Made by a program: the position numbers and the translations under genes
Part shown: in pieces, positions 34,560-45,505 of the stretch
Position numbering within the stretch: the stretch's first letter is position 1
Layout: every line of letters begins with the position of its first letter
Origin: Dimorphilus gyrociliatus
Taxonomy: Eukaryota; Animalia; Annelida
DNA length: 64,000 nucleotides
Direction of reading: 5' to 3'
Assembly (NCBI GenBank): GCA_904063045.1
Contig: CAJFCJ010000007.1
Coordinates: 3,727,404-3,791,403 of the forward strand
Notes under the pieces: generated by a model
What the model was told of the DNA's origin: nothing
What the model saw: the letters and a program-made list of their open reading frames with translations, nothing else
The model's database searches: none

Positions 34560-34868
34560 TTAACCACCTTCGGTAGGCTCTTCCTCCAAAGTAATAGCAT
34601 TTGCGTCGAAAAAATCCTGTTTGTTAAGGCCTTCCCAACAGTCTTGGTTCCAACCGAAATATAAACTAAAGTAATAGAAAACAACGGAGACAACTAATCC
34701 AAGAAGAAAACCCAGAACAATCATACGATTCTCAAGGAAAGAATTATATAAAGTGTCTGTACGCTTTAACGATAGATCTTTATCGCTAATACCATTTTTG
34801 GAGCGACTAGTCGATCTAGTCTTACTCGGGGATCGACGATTCTTCAAAAGGGATCTGGATCGGTTCAT
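34560..34868 (-). CDS. Small single-pass membrane protein with an Arg/Ser-rich N-terminus, orphan
   Basis: ATG 34868 opens a 102-aa frame: RSRSLLKNRRSPSKTRSTSRSK followed by hydrophobic MIVLGFLLGLVVSVVFYYFSLYF. Confidence 0.55.
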   Translation of the reverse strand: MNRSRSLLKNRRSPSKTRSTSRSKNGISDKDLSLKRTDTLYNSFLENRMIVLGFLLGLVVSVVFYYFSLYFGWNQDCWEGLNKQDFFDANAITLEEEPTEGG

Positions 34869-35132
34869 ATTAAATAAAGATTTTAGTTGCAAATTCCTTT
34901 ATTAATATTGTTTATAAATCTTTTTAAATATTCTTTTAATGTTTGTTTATTTAATTCCTTTTTGAATTATTTTTTATCATAGTCATAGAAATTGTTTAAA
35001 GAAAAACAATAAATAAGTAAATATGGTAAAATAAACTGAAGCTTAGATGATAAATAGGTCTATTTCGTCTATTTGTGATAGAAATCTGTGCTATGTTTTC
35101 TTTTATTCATTTATATAACATTCTTTCTTCCT

Positions 35133-35163
<31 letters not shown>

Positions 35164-35325
35164 TTTACTAACATTCATGCAATTCTCTCTTATTCTTTTT
35201 TTCATTTCCTTCCTTCCTTCTCACTTGTGAATAATTATTTGTATCGGTTCATCTTTATTTTATATATGCAGACAGCAGAGTGAGTACTCTTTTGTTCTCT
35301 TGAGTTTCGTTTATTAGTATTAATA

Positions 35326-36069
35326 TCAATCATCTAAATCGTCTGAACCACCGGTCAATCTGAGATAAACGTGAGGATACTGCTCCCCTAGGGCGTCGAG
35401 AAAAGCGTCGTAAACTGCAGGTTCTTTTGCGACGAGTATATCTAATAATGCTTCTGTTCTCTCACCAGCCGATTGACCCTGTTTAGGATGTTAATGTCAA
35501 AGAATTAATAAAGGAAACATTTAGATTCTCTCCCTCTCCCTCTCCCTCTCTCTCTCTCTCTCTGTCTTTCTTATCATCAGGGAGAAAAGATTTCTCGATA
35601 TAAATCTTACCGCAATGATGTCTTCTTTCTCACTTTCTGTCAAGAATTTCTTTTGTAACATAGGCAAAACTTGAAGAGCGTCGATCTGTTCGATAATATA
35701 CTGTCTGGTATTTCTGAGGATCGTCCATTCGTCATCCTTAGAAAATCCTTTATATTGATTATCTTCGCCGTATACTTTGTCCCCGAAGTCGGTATCGTCA
35801 TCATCGTCAGTGAATAAATAGAATAAATTTGGGTGCAATGATGATAAGATTTCGAGAAAAACTTCAAATTCACTTGTTTTTTTTCTCTCTAAAATATCAA
35901 GTAGCATTTCCGTTTTTGTTTGTCTCCTGTGTTCTGACGATAATTTACCGACTTCAGCATCGGTTAATGCTCTCTTCTCTTTCATATGATTTATGACTTC
36001 GTTTACTTGCAAATCATTGCTTAAAATGCTTCGCATACGAATTAGTCGTTCTTTATCACGGGGTTTCAT
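35326..36069 (-). CDS. Tandem CARD-CARD-only protein, 203 aa (exons 36069-35611, 35478-35326)
   Basis: CARD1: RSILSNDLQVNEVINHM..KTEMLLDILERK..FEVFLEILSSLHPNLFYLFT. CARD2: RQYIIEQIDALQVLPML..RTEALLDILVAKEPAVYDAFLDALGEQYPHVYLRLTG. Clean GT-AG intron; stop TGA at 35326. Confidence 0.85.
35527..35562. repeat. (TCTCCC)n/(TC)n repeat inside the CARD gene intron
   Basis: Explains the ERERERE tail of the raw ORF 35521..36069. Confidence 0.85.
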
Positions 36070-37785
36070 TTTTCAACAGTATGGCGCTCCCTTTCGCGTT
36101 GACGAAATAAAGCTTCTTTTCTAATACTTTCGTATTGAATGACGCGCCCATATTGATCGTCGAGGCCAACGAAAATTGTTTTGTAGTCCTACTCACCACT
36201 CATTCTTCTCCTCCCTCCCCCTTTAGCTTTTTGCGTATTAATTCATAAATTTGTACTTAGTGTTAAATTTCTTGTCATTTTCTAAATCCAGGGATTCCGA
36301 TTTGGGTTGAAACTCCTCCCTTTGGACGGGAGAAGCTTTTCTAAGATAAGACAGTTCCATACAATAGGCGAGAAATAATTAAACCCGTTAAAAGGGAAAG
36401 GGCTTATTCTTAAAAGCATGTCTCAGGCCTATTCGGCGAACGTCGTTTTCCAGTCATGACGAGAAAGGTCAAAGGAGATAAAAAGCGATTAAACCGTAAC
36501 CAAAACGTTTCACCCATAATTATGATACTAATCGGTCTTTATCGGCTTTTATTAAATAATACTTGATGAGTATGTCATCCTAGGTGGCGCTTTATTGCTA
36601 TTGCTTGTAAAAACTCTTTTCCATATCCCTTTCCCTGCCCCCTTACTGTTCCGCCTATCTCTTCTCTCTCTCTCTCTCTCTTTCTCCATACTAAATCAAT
36701 GTTTCTTCCTCACTTCTCCCTCGTTACGACGATAAAGTAAACAAATTTAGAGGGAAAACACCTGCCAAAGTTTTCTTTTCGTCCAAGTTCGAATCCGCAG
36801 CATTATCGTATCTTATGTGTTGCAAAATAGCTTCGAGGCTAGGAGGGAGGAGAGGGGAGAAGTAGTTGAAGAGGAGATTAGCATTGAATGGTTAAGAAAG
36901 GAAGAGATACCTAATCTGCGACATTATATACAAAAGAGGTCATTGAATAATACTTGAAAACGGGAAAGAGCAACTGAATTTGTTACACGATAAAGGACGC
37001 TATAAATATCGAATTTAGACGCTTCAGACGCCGACCGGCCTAAAAATAAATGAACGAGAAATATAATCGTAGCGACTTTTTGTCGTTGGATTTAGAAAGA
37101 GAATAATAAAATATAAAGAACAAAATATTTAAAAAGAACGGTCATCGACAGAAAGAGGATTTGAGTAGGGAAGTGACCGGAAAGACTTGCAGAGTAGGAG
37201 ATGGGAATGAGAGATTTTTTGCACAGGAGAGAAAAAGCGATGGAGGGCGTTGGCCTCTTTTTTTAAACAAGTTGGCTAGCGGGAAAAAGGGAAAATTACG
37301 TCGGCTGATAGATTAGAGTGTTCGTTTATTTAATACCGCAGCCGTCCGCTTGTTAGAACTACGATTAGAAGAGCGCCACCTGGTAAACGCTTAATTTCTA
37401 ATGGGTTAAACAACCCTTTTTTTGCCACCCATTTTCTTTAGTAGTTATTAAGTCTAATTGAAAAATATAAGTCAATTCAATTGGGAGGTTTAAATTAATT
37501 TGGGAGTATAATTTATTTCCTGTCCCAGCGAAGCTTATATGCTTCATCCAATTGAACTTTCAGACCTCTAAATTACGTGAACTAGTTTTTTGAGAGAGCC
37601 AGGAGGTCTTTGAAAAAGGGAGAGAGATGGAATATGTAACAAGGGGTTGATGTTGTAATACAGCTTTAGGCCTACAATACAAAAAAATAATATTAAATTA
37701 ATTTATTCACGTTACTCTGGGAGAGATTTGAAGCTTTATTATACTCTAATTACTCTTTACTTCAACTAGAGTTAACAAGACAGAA

Positions 37786-38286
37786 ATGAGTTTGCTTCTA
37801 ATATCAATATATATCATTAGTCTTGCATGTTCGATTGAAAGTTTAAGAAAAGATTCTTGGGCTCCAGCTCCAGTTCCCAAAGCTCAGCTACACGCCAAAA
37901 GAATAGGCCGTGAAGATGAAAGCTTCATACAAAAAATTCAACCTGCCGCTAAACCGCAAGCCTTCAAGAAAAAATCGCCAGAACAGAAACGGCAACGCTA
38001 TAATGATGAGGATGAAGCCAGTCTAAAAGAAATATTAAATAAGCCTCTTCCGGCTGTAGTGCAGAAATCTGAGGACGAAACTTATAATTACATCTACGAT
38101 TTGGTAAAGGATAAAGGAAGCTGTCGATTGCCTTTGAGAGAGTATTATATTGTCCTAGCTATAATATCACTTTTCATATTTTGGCGTACCTATCCCGTTC
38201 AGAGAACGGTACTGTTTTTCTATCGTAAAGCTGTTGAACCTACTAAGTTGAATTTTGACAAAAATCTGCTCGAAAGAGCTGTTTAA
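37786..38286 (+). CDS. Orphan type I membrane protein (signal peptide, charged ectodomain, one TM), intronless
   Basis: 166-aa ATG ORF with hydrophobic N-terminus MSLLLISIYIISLAC and TM YYIVLAIISLFIFW. Confidence 0.6.
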   Translation: MSLLLISIYIISLACSIESLRKDSWAPAPVPKAQLHAKRIGREDESFIQKIQPAAKPQAFKKKSPEQKRQRYNDEDEASLKEILNKPLPAVVQKSEDETYNYIYDLVKDKGSCRLPLREYYIVLAIISLFIFWRTYPVQRTVLFFYRKAVEPTKLNFDKNLLERAV

Positions 38287-38534
38287 TAAATTAGATATAC
38301 TTATTGAACCATTCTCAAACATCACAGACAAAACAATTGAAACAACAAACTGTACAGATTGCTCTACAATTTGCGCACAATATTTACAAAGATTAGATTT
38401 ACATATTAGAGAGATTAATATATATATATACTGTATACATATATATATATATACAAATATATATATATATATATACATTTTTTTAAGCACCAGCTTGAAA
38501 ACAAAGAGAGGAAAATTGTCATTAAACTCGCATG

Positions 38535-39233
38535 TTAAGCTACATCATCTTTGGAGCAATACAGTTCTTTTAAATTCTTTAGCTCCTCTATCAACGCTTT
38601 ATTTTGATTCTCGAGGACTGCTACCCTATTCTCGAGACATTTGACATATTCTTTCTTCTTTCGCCTACATTCTCGAGCAGCTTCTCTATTCTTTAAAAGT
38701 CTAAGTTCTCTCTTGCGACTAGCCTCTTCTGTTACGTTCGGTGAAGATTGGAGGGAGTTTGCCGTGGTTAACTGATACGTTTGACCTGGAGTTCCAGCAA
38801 CAGAAACAGGAATGAAATATTGTTGCCCTTCAGGACTTTGGGCGTACTGAACAATAGTAGAACCATTTGGTGTTGGTGATGTTGAATTTGTCATAGTAAT
38901 TGTTTGTACACCACTGGTATCTGATACCAGCTGAATGTGAGCTGGAATGACAGGCTGCTGAAGGTTTGTTTCACTTCCAGTATCGCTAAGACCACTATTT
39001 GAATCTTCGTCGTGATGATCTCCTTTGAGTTGATCGTCGCCGGCTATCTCGTGCAGTATCTTCCTATAAGATGGACGTCGGGCCAAAACTTCTCGCCGTC
39101 GGCGCTCCTCTTCTAGTTCCTCGCTCTCGGATAGGCCACCGGCTGTTACGACTTGTATGGGATGATTGAGGGTGACGTGCACGATTGATTGTTGAGGATT
39201 TCCACTGTTATCAGTCCGCTCGTTTTCTTCCAT
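38535..39233 (-). CDS. CREB: cAMP response element-binding protein (CREB/CREM/ATF1 family), single coding exon
   Basis: KID RREVLARRPSYRKIL with the PKA-site Ser, Gln/Thr-rich Q2 region, and bZIP RKRELRLLKNREAARECRRKKKEYVKCLENRVAVLENQNKALIEEL. Confidence 0.96.
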   Translation of the reverse strand: MEENERTDNSGNPQQSIVHVTLNHPIQVVTAGGLSESEELEEERRRREVLARRPSYRKILHEIAGDDQLKGDHHDEDSNSGLSDTGSETNLQQPVIPAHIQLVSDTSGVQTITMTNSTSPTPNGSTIVQYAQSPEGQQYFIPVSVAGTPGQTYQLTTANSLQSSPNVTEEASRKRELRLLKNREAARECRRKKKEYVKCLENRVAVLENQNKALIEELKNLKELYCSKDDVA

Positions 39234-39740
39234 AGTCGAATGCCCTGTTCAAAAGGCGACATCTATCGGAACTGTTTTAGGCAACATTACGTAACACCTT
39301 CATATAGCCGAGGTTTTCGCAATGAAATGCTGGAGATACGCGCATTTGTATCAGTATTGAAAATAATCAATACTTCGTTTATCATTATTTTCCTACTGCA
39401 ACATATTTTTTTATTTAACAATCGATCGAGTGATTCAAAGCTTTAAGTTGTTTCTTGTTAACTATTTTCAAAGTGGGAAGCAATCGAATGCTTTTTCTGA
39501 CCGGCGATTATAGCGGCCGACAGTCAATTTTTTAATAGGTTCTCGAGCCAACGCTCTTTTTTTAAACATGGCGCTAAGTGCATAGGCATCCTATGCGAAA
39601 ATGTTCGCCGAAAACAGCGCTTCTATCGGTCGATTATCGTCACTCACCACTATGTTTGTCACCACGTTTGTAATTTTTTGTGGCGCGCTTGTGGTCCGAT
39701 GTGGATGATTATTCGCCGATTCGCTATCACGTAGTACCCA

Positions 39741-39981
39741 CGTCACAGGAGCAGATCACGTGACTCCAAAAATGTAACTCAGCCAAAGAATGTGTATACG
39801 AGATTACTTTTGTAGATTTCGTTATAGGAATGGTATATCCAATCAGCGACCAAGGAAAGTATCCGCAACCAATCACGATAGTTGAATCATTCATCCGCTA
39901 GATAGCGCCTCTTCTAAATATTTGTAAAAATGTCTTTGGCCAAACGCGTAAGAACACGAGAAATGACGTCCACCTACGTCA
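39741..39981. promoter_or_regulatory. Probable CREB promoter: CRE-like sites, E-box and two CCAAT boxes
   Basis: CGTCA 39741-39745, TCACGTGA 39756-39763, CCAATCA 39839 and 39869, TGACGTCC 39964-39971, TACGTCA 39975-39981. A 5'UTR intron acceptor lies just upstream of the ATG (about 39246). Confidence 0.55.
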
Positions 39982-42900
39982 TTCTTGTCGATTTCCCATT
40001 CAATCGACAAGCCCGGTTAAGATATATTTGAGACTTTTGGAAGTGCTTTCCGACGTAGTTGATCTGAATGCATCGTTTATTCGCCTTAAATATTTTCAGT
40101 TGAACGGACTATATTTCCGCTTAGGCTGATGAGATTTATATAAAAACCTATAGAGGGCGTGATAATTAGGCCTATCTATAAAAAAAAAGTTTTTCTCTTT
40201 ACCAACAAAACATTTTATACTTTGTATGTTCTATTGAGTTTTTGATAAACTGTACATGTTTATAGGCCCAATAAATCGATTTTCATTCATACTTACTTTC
40301 TTAAAAGCTCATTACTAACAAGTAGTATATATGTATATTATATAATGTATACAAATTTACTTAATTAACTAACAATTATCACAATTCAATTGAAATAGAA
40401 GAACGTATTAAGTTATTGTTTGTATATATAAAGTTTACATTATTCTACATTTAAGACAATTAATAGAAATAGCGTATATGATATTACTAGAAAGTTGAGA
40501 CTTGTTGAATCACTTATTTTTTATCTATTTAATTTAATATATAAATGGCTACCTTTACTAGACTTTTGCTTTTGTTTGTTTGTATAGATTGGAAGAATTT
40601 AGGTTAAAGCTTACAAAAAAAATAAAAATAGTTATTTAATTATTTGTAGACGTCATGGTTGATCACAGCAATGTTATTTGATGTATGGAGCGTTCTTTCC
40701 CAAAATAAATTACGTATAATCTATTAAATAAAACCAATTTTTTTAAACTATTTTTGGACCTGTTTCCCAAATAAATAGCAATTATCCATTAATTTTATCT
40801 TTTATCTTATTTTCAAAATTTAATATAACTTTTCATTGCTCATTTGACAAACTGACATTTTAATTAACGCTATTTTTCAATAATAGTTCAAATAAAGTGA
40901 AAAGGTCAAGTTTTCAGAAAAGATTTAGATGCTTTTTAAAGTAATATTTTATAAGAAAAAGGAGGCAAAGAAAACAAAATCATTGCTTGCAATTCCTCTC
41001 GTTTAATTTTAATATTAAAGCAGTTTTACTTTGATTTTCACCTTCTTTTAATAAATAGGGAATTAATTAACTCTATGCACATTTTATAGTTATACTCATC
41101 CCTCTTGCAATCTACCGCCCCCTTTCTCTCTCTTCCTAGCTGCCTTTCTCTTTATCCTCTGTGTACATAAATATTAGTCAATGGTTCGTTTTAGAATACA
41201 AAAGTTTCACCTTCTGTCACAATTTTTGACAAAAAATATCTTGCTGTGACGTAGCAAATTGAATAATTACTCCCTGTTTTGTACCATCATAGATACTGTC
41301 CCACTCCTGAATTCTCAAAAACTTTTCATTCAAATATCACAAGTGAGTGAAATTTTTAATGATAATTAACTCATAAATTCACTTTCTATTTATGATGATA
41401 ATATATGCCTACAGTGTACTGTTTTAAAATTGCAGCAAAACTGTTAAAACTTTTAGACTGACCCTTATATAATATATACGGTATATTCTATCCATATTAA
41501 ATTCAGTCCTTTTTATAAATGTATAATTAGAAATCTCTCAAGTTTGTCCACCCACATTTCACTTTCATAATATAATATCAAACGAATAGGAAATTGAGTT
41601 GGGGATAAAATATCGAAAATTATAATACTTTAATCATTATTGAAAAGTAAAAGAAGGTGTTTAATTTTACAAATTTTATCGTTTATGTGTTATCACATTT
41701 TTTTCTTAACAAAAAACACATAGCAAGTACTTTACAGATAAAGGAAATATTTGATGAATAATTATTTCTTAAAGAAAAGTATAAAATGATTACTACCTTC
41801 TAGATAGATATGTATGGAATTCTAACCTTTGTAATACATGAAATATCATAATAGCATATTAGCTTTAATGCATTATATATGCTAATATTTATCTATATAT
41901 CGAAAATCTTATTTTCAATTATCATAACAGAATGGGTGTATTTTAAATATATCTCTTATCGTAAACTGACTATAATCTTTATATAATTATTAACTATACA
42001 AGTTATAGCCGAACTTGAACATTTCAATACTAAATAAATACGCAAAGTTATTTTCGTATAAATTCCATTTCTCGTGTTATTATTTCGTGAAATAATTTTA
42101 CTTAAATAGTGAAAAAAATCGATTACTTGTGACTAATGAAATATAAACATTAGAAATAATTAATTATATATGGGCAATCTTAAATAAATATATAAGTAAA
42201 TAAAAAAAGATCCTTTATTTAATTAATGAAAGGAAAGAGAAAAAACGTTTTTCACTAAACATTGAAAGTTAAGCTATTGTGTTATATTGAAAATGTAGAT
42301 AAATGAATATATATTTTATAGGAATAAAATAATAATTTTCCGACGATAAAGCTTCGTATTGGAAATTGAACGTTTCGTAAAAAGATCATTACGTGCAGAA
42401 CTTTAGTTCCATTTCCAAAATTTCTGCTGGAATATCCCAATAGAACTTATAAGGTAAAAAGTGACTAATTTGCGTCATAGAGCTATTTATTACAATATCA
42501 TAAAGAAAATGTACTATATAATAGTTAACTATGAGGTTATCGACCAATTTGGAATATTTTTTAGTATTTATTTGTCGTTGTTACGAATATATGAATTATC
42601 AATGACCTATATGTAGCGTTTTTCAAGCAAACTAGACGTTGAACATAATATATGTTTAACTAAGTATTCAGTTTTAGCATAAGTATCTAATAATCGTTAT
42701 TGGTCTTGAAAAATGACAGAATATTACATTAATATTTTTCATTCACTGTTGTAAAACTTAGAACATGTGCTGCCGTTAATTTCCCCAATGACTAACTATC
42801 AAGATCAATTTAAAAAGTTTTATAGTAAATAACACCTAAATAAAAATTTAATAGGAAAAAATTGACAGTTGAGTGTGTTTATTTAATCTTATTTTATTGT

Positions 42901-43124
42901 TTTTTATTCGTAGGATATTCTGTGATTTTATCTTTAACGAAAATGAAAGAACACAACACTTTTTTTTTGGAAGATTTTCAACTAATTTTTCTCTGAATTC
43001 ATTAGAGAGTTTACTGTACATAATAATATGATATTCTATCATTCACTTAGCTTGTTTTATCATTATCTTGATAGGATTAACAAAACACTTTGCCTTTGTT
43101 TTATCAACAGGGTAAAGCAGGGAA

Positions 43125-45103
43125 ATGAAAGGTTTCAACGATGCTATTCATGGATACATCAATATAGATCCTTTGTTGATTCGAGTTATAGATACTAGGC
43201 AATTTCAAAGATTACGTCATATTAAACAATTAGGAGCGTGCTATTGGGTTTATCCAACCGCTTGTCATAATCGCTTTGAGCATAGTATTGGAACTTGCCA
43301 TCTCGCCCAATTACTGATTCAATCTCTACGGGAAAAATTGCATGCTGATAGTCATTTGGGCGTTGAGATTAGTGACAAGGATGCGTTTTGCGTGTCATTG
43401 GCTGCTCTTTGCCATGATTTAGGTCATGGACCATTCTCTCACATGTTTGATGGTCGGTTCCTCTCTAAATATCCAGAGTATGCGCGGCGACACGAAGAGA
43501 TGAGTGTTGAAATGCTTAAACATTTGGTTGAAAAAAACGATTTAATGAAGATCTTCAAACAAAGATTTCCAGATTTTGACGATAACGATTTAATATTTGT
43601 CAGCGAAATGATTCGAGGACCTGACGAAACGGGTGAATATAAAGGAAGAACAGACAAAAAGAAAAGGTTATTCTATTCTAATACAGCCAATCACTTTATA
43701 ACTAAATATAATATTTTACAGATTTTTGTACGATATCGTCTCTAATAAACATAGTGGCGTCGATGTAGATAAATTCGATTATATTGCCCGCGATTCCTTC
43801 TATCTAGGAATCGATTCCAGCTTTGACCATACAAGATTTATTCAATACGCAAAAGTTGTTAAGGTTCAAAATGAAAATGAATCCGAATCCTTTCAAATTT
43901 GTACGAGAGAGAAGGTAAAGTAACAGTTTGTTATTTTCTACCGTCCAAAAAAAAGCGAACTACATTTTCGGACAGGCTGCTCGCGATATGTACGCCCTTT
44001 TCTATTCAAGAGCTGAACTTTTCGAGCGAGCATATCATCATCAAACGAATAAAGTTATAGACATTATGTAAGTTTCAGCTTCATTTAGTTTTTTAATCAT
44101 TTAGTCTGATCGTGTAGTTCGTTTCAATAATCCTTTTGAAGATTGCTAATAATACAACTCTTTATTTTTCTAAATGCGAATTTTTTGGTAAGTCTTTGGT
44201 CATTGATTTTCAGGAAGTCGAAGTAATGTATGATCTGTTTCATATGCGTGCTGTATTGTATCAGAGAGCTTATTGTCATAAAACAAAGATGATTATTGAA
44301 CACAGGTAGGTGAAAAGCATAAGACATAGGAAAAATAGATAATTTCCTACGTTTGCTTGTTTAACGCTTTTTGAAAATTAAAGATTACGCCATAAACAAA
44401 AATTTTTCATTGAATAACGATTTAACTGACTGATAGAGCATTTCTTACTTGCTAATCTATTTATTGTTTTATAACTGAGTAAATTTGAATTACATTACTA
44501 ATATTAAATTTCTTGAATTTTTAAAGGTTAAGTGAAGTGCTAGATCTCTCTGTAAAGCATTTGAAGTTTCGCAAACAATCTGACCTTGAAAAGACATACA
44601 ACATACTAGAAGCCACGAACGATATAGAAGTTTTTGAACAATTAACTGATAATATATTTGATCGTATAAAATATTATGATGATCCTAATAATTCCGATAT
44701 GAACCGGGCTAAGGAATTACTGATGAGAATTGATGAAAGAAAACTATTTAAATTCGTAGCAGAGATCAGGGGTGATTTAGCAGATAAACAATCTCTATTG
44801 GATGACATCATGTCTCGTTCGAGTATAAAGATTGACAAAAAGAAAATAATAATAGATAGAATGAAAATTGACTACGGAAAAGGACAAGAAAATCCTATAA
44901 ATTTTTTATATTTTTATAAAAAATCCTGCCCAGATAGAGGAGTGAGAATGTACCGCGAAGATATTAGTAATTTGCTGCCAGTATCTTATTGTGATAGAAA
45001 ACTAAGAATATATTACGAGGACGATGACAAGGCCATTATTGACGAATTGTCAGCAATAATTGACGATTTTAAACGTAATGGGTTACCTACATCTTTGTCC
45101 TGA
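43125..45103 (+). CDS. SAMHD1: SAMHD1-like dNTP triphosphohydrolase copy 1 (HD domain only, no SAM), with a duplicated internal exon
   Basis: IDTRQFQRLRHIKQLG, HNRFEHSIG, CHDLGHGPFSHMFD, DVDKFDY, KIDYG..NPINFLYFY. In-frame TAA before ATG 43125. Final exon 44528-45103. Confidence 0.93.
43976..44067 (+). other. SAMHD1 copy 1 alternative exon A (92 nt, phase 0-2)
   Basis: gacag|GCT...ATTAT|gtaagt encoding AARDMYALFYSRAELFERAYHHQTNKVIDI(M). Confidence 0.85.
44214..44305 (+). other. SAMHD1 copy 1 alternative exon B (92 nt, phase 0-2)
   Basis: ttttcag|GAA...CACAG|gtaggt encoding EVEVMYDLFHMRAVLYQRAYCHKTKMIIEH(R). Homologous to exon A and to the single exon in copy 2. Confidence 0.8.
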
Positions 45104-45505
45104 GATATATGCAAAAAGAAACTTGTCTTTCGAAACTAACATCTCTCTATAAATTTATCTTTAAAATTTATTCATCTGCACAATTTTAATGTGCTTCAAC
45201 TTGAACACTTTGATAATTGAAAACAATCTATATATATATTTATACACTATATGATACTTTTTCTGGAAAAGGAACCTTTTATAAAACCCGAATTCTACAT
45301 ATCTGACTTCTACGAAACTCACTAAACAAAATCTGTTCCTCATTTTGTTATATTTATTGTATATTTAATCATCTTCTTTAAGTTTAAAATATATGCCTAA
45401 TAGGAAAAATGTGATAAGAAAAAATAGTACTAATATATTAAATGCGGCTATCTGTGTAGTTTAGTTTAATATTTAAACTTTTACGGTATTGATAACTTGA
45501 TAATT

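Noticed and set aside
34560-36069. Possible splicing of the CARD gene onto the downstream TM ORF to give a MAVS/BinCARD-like protein
   Set aside because: CARD exon 2 ends in a stop with no good donor, and the TM ORF lacks a polypyrimidine acceptor.
36781-36800. GTTCGAATCC resembling a tRNA T-loop / B-box
   Set aside because: No A-box or cloverleaf upstream.
40000-43100. Long AT-rich gap upstream of SAMHD1 copy 1 as a hidden SAM exon or mobile element
   Set aside because: No open frame with a SAM signature and no terminal repeats; an in-frame stop precedes ATG 43125.
44101-44195. Possible extra exon between SAMHD1 exons A and B (gtaagt at 44188)
   Set aside because: Stops early in the required phase, and the donor is only about 25 nt from the exon B acceptor, too short for an intron.
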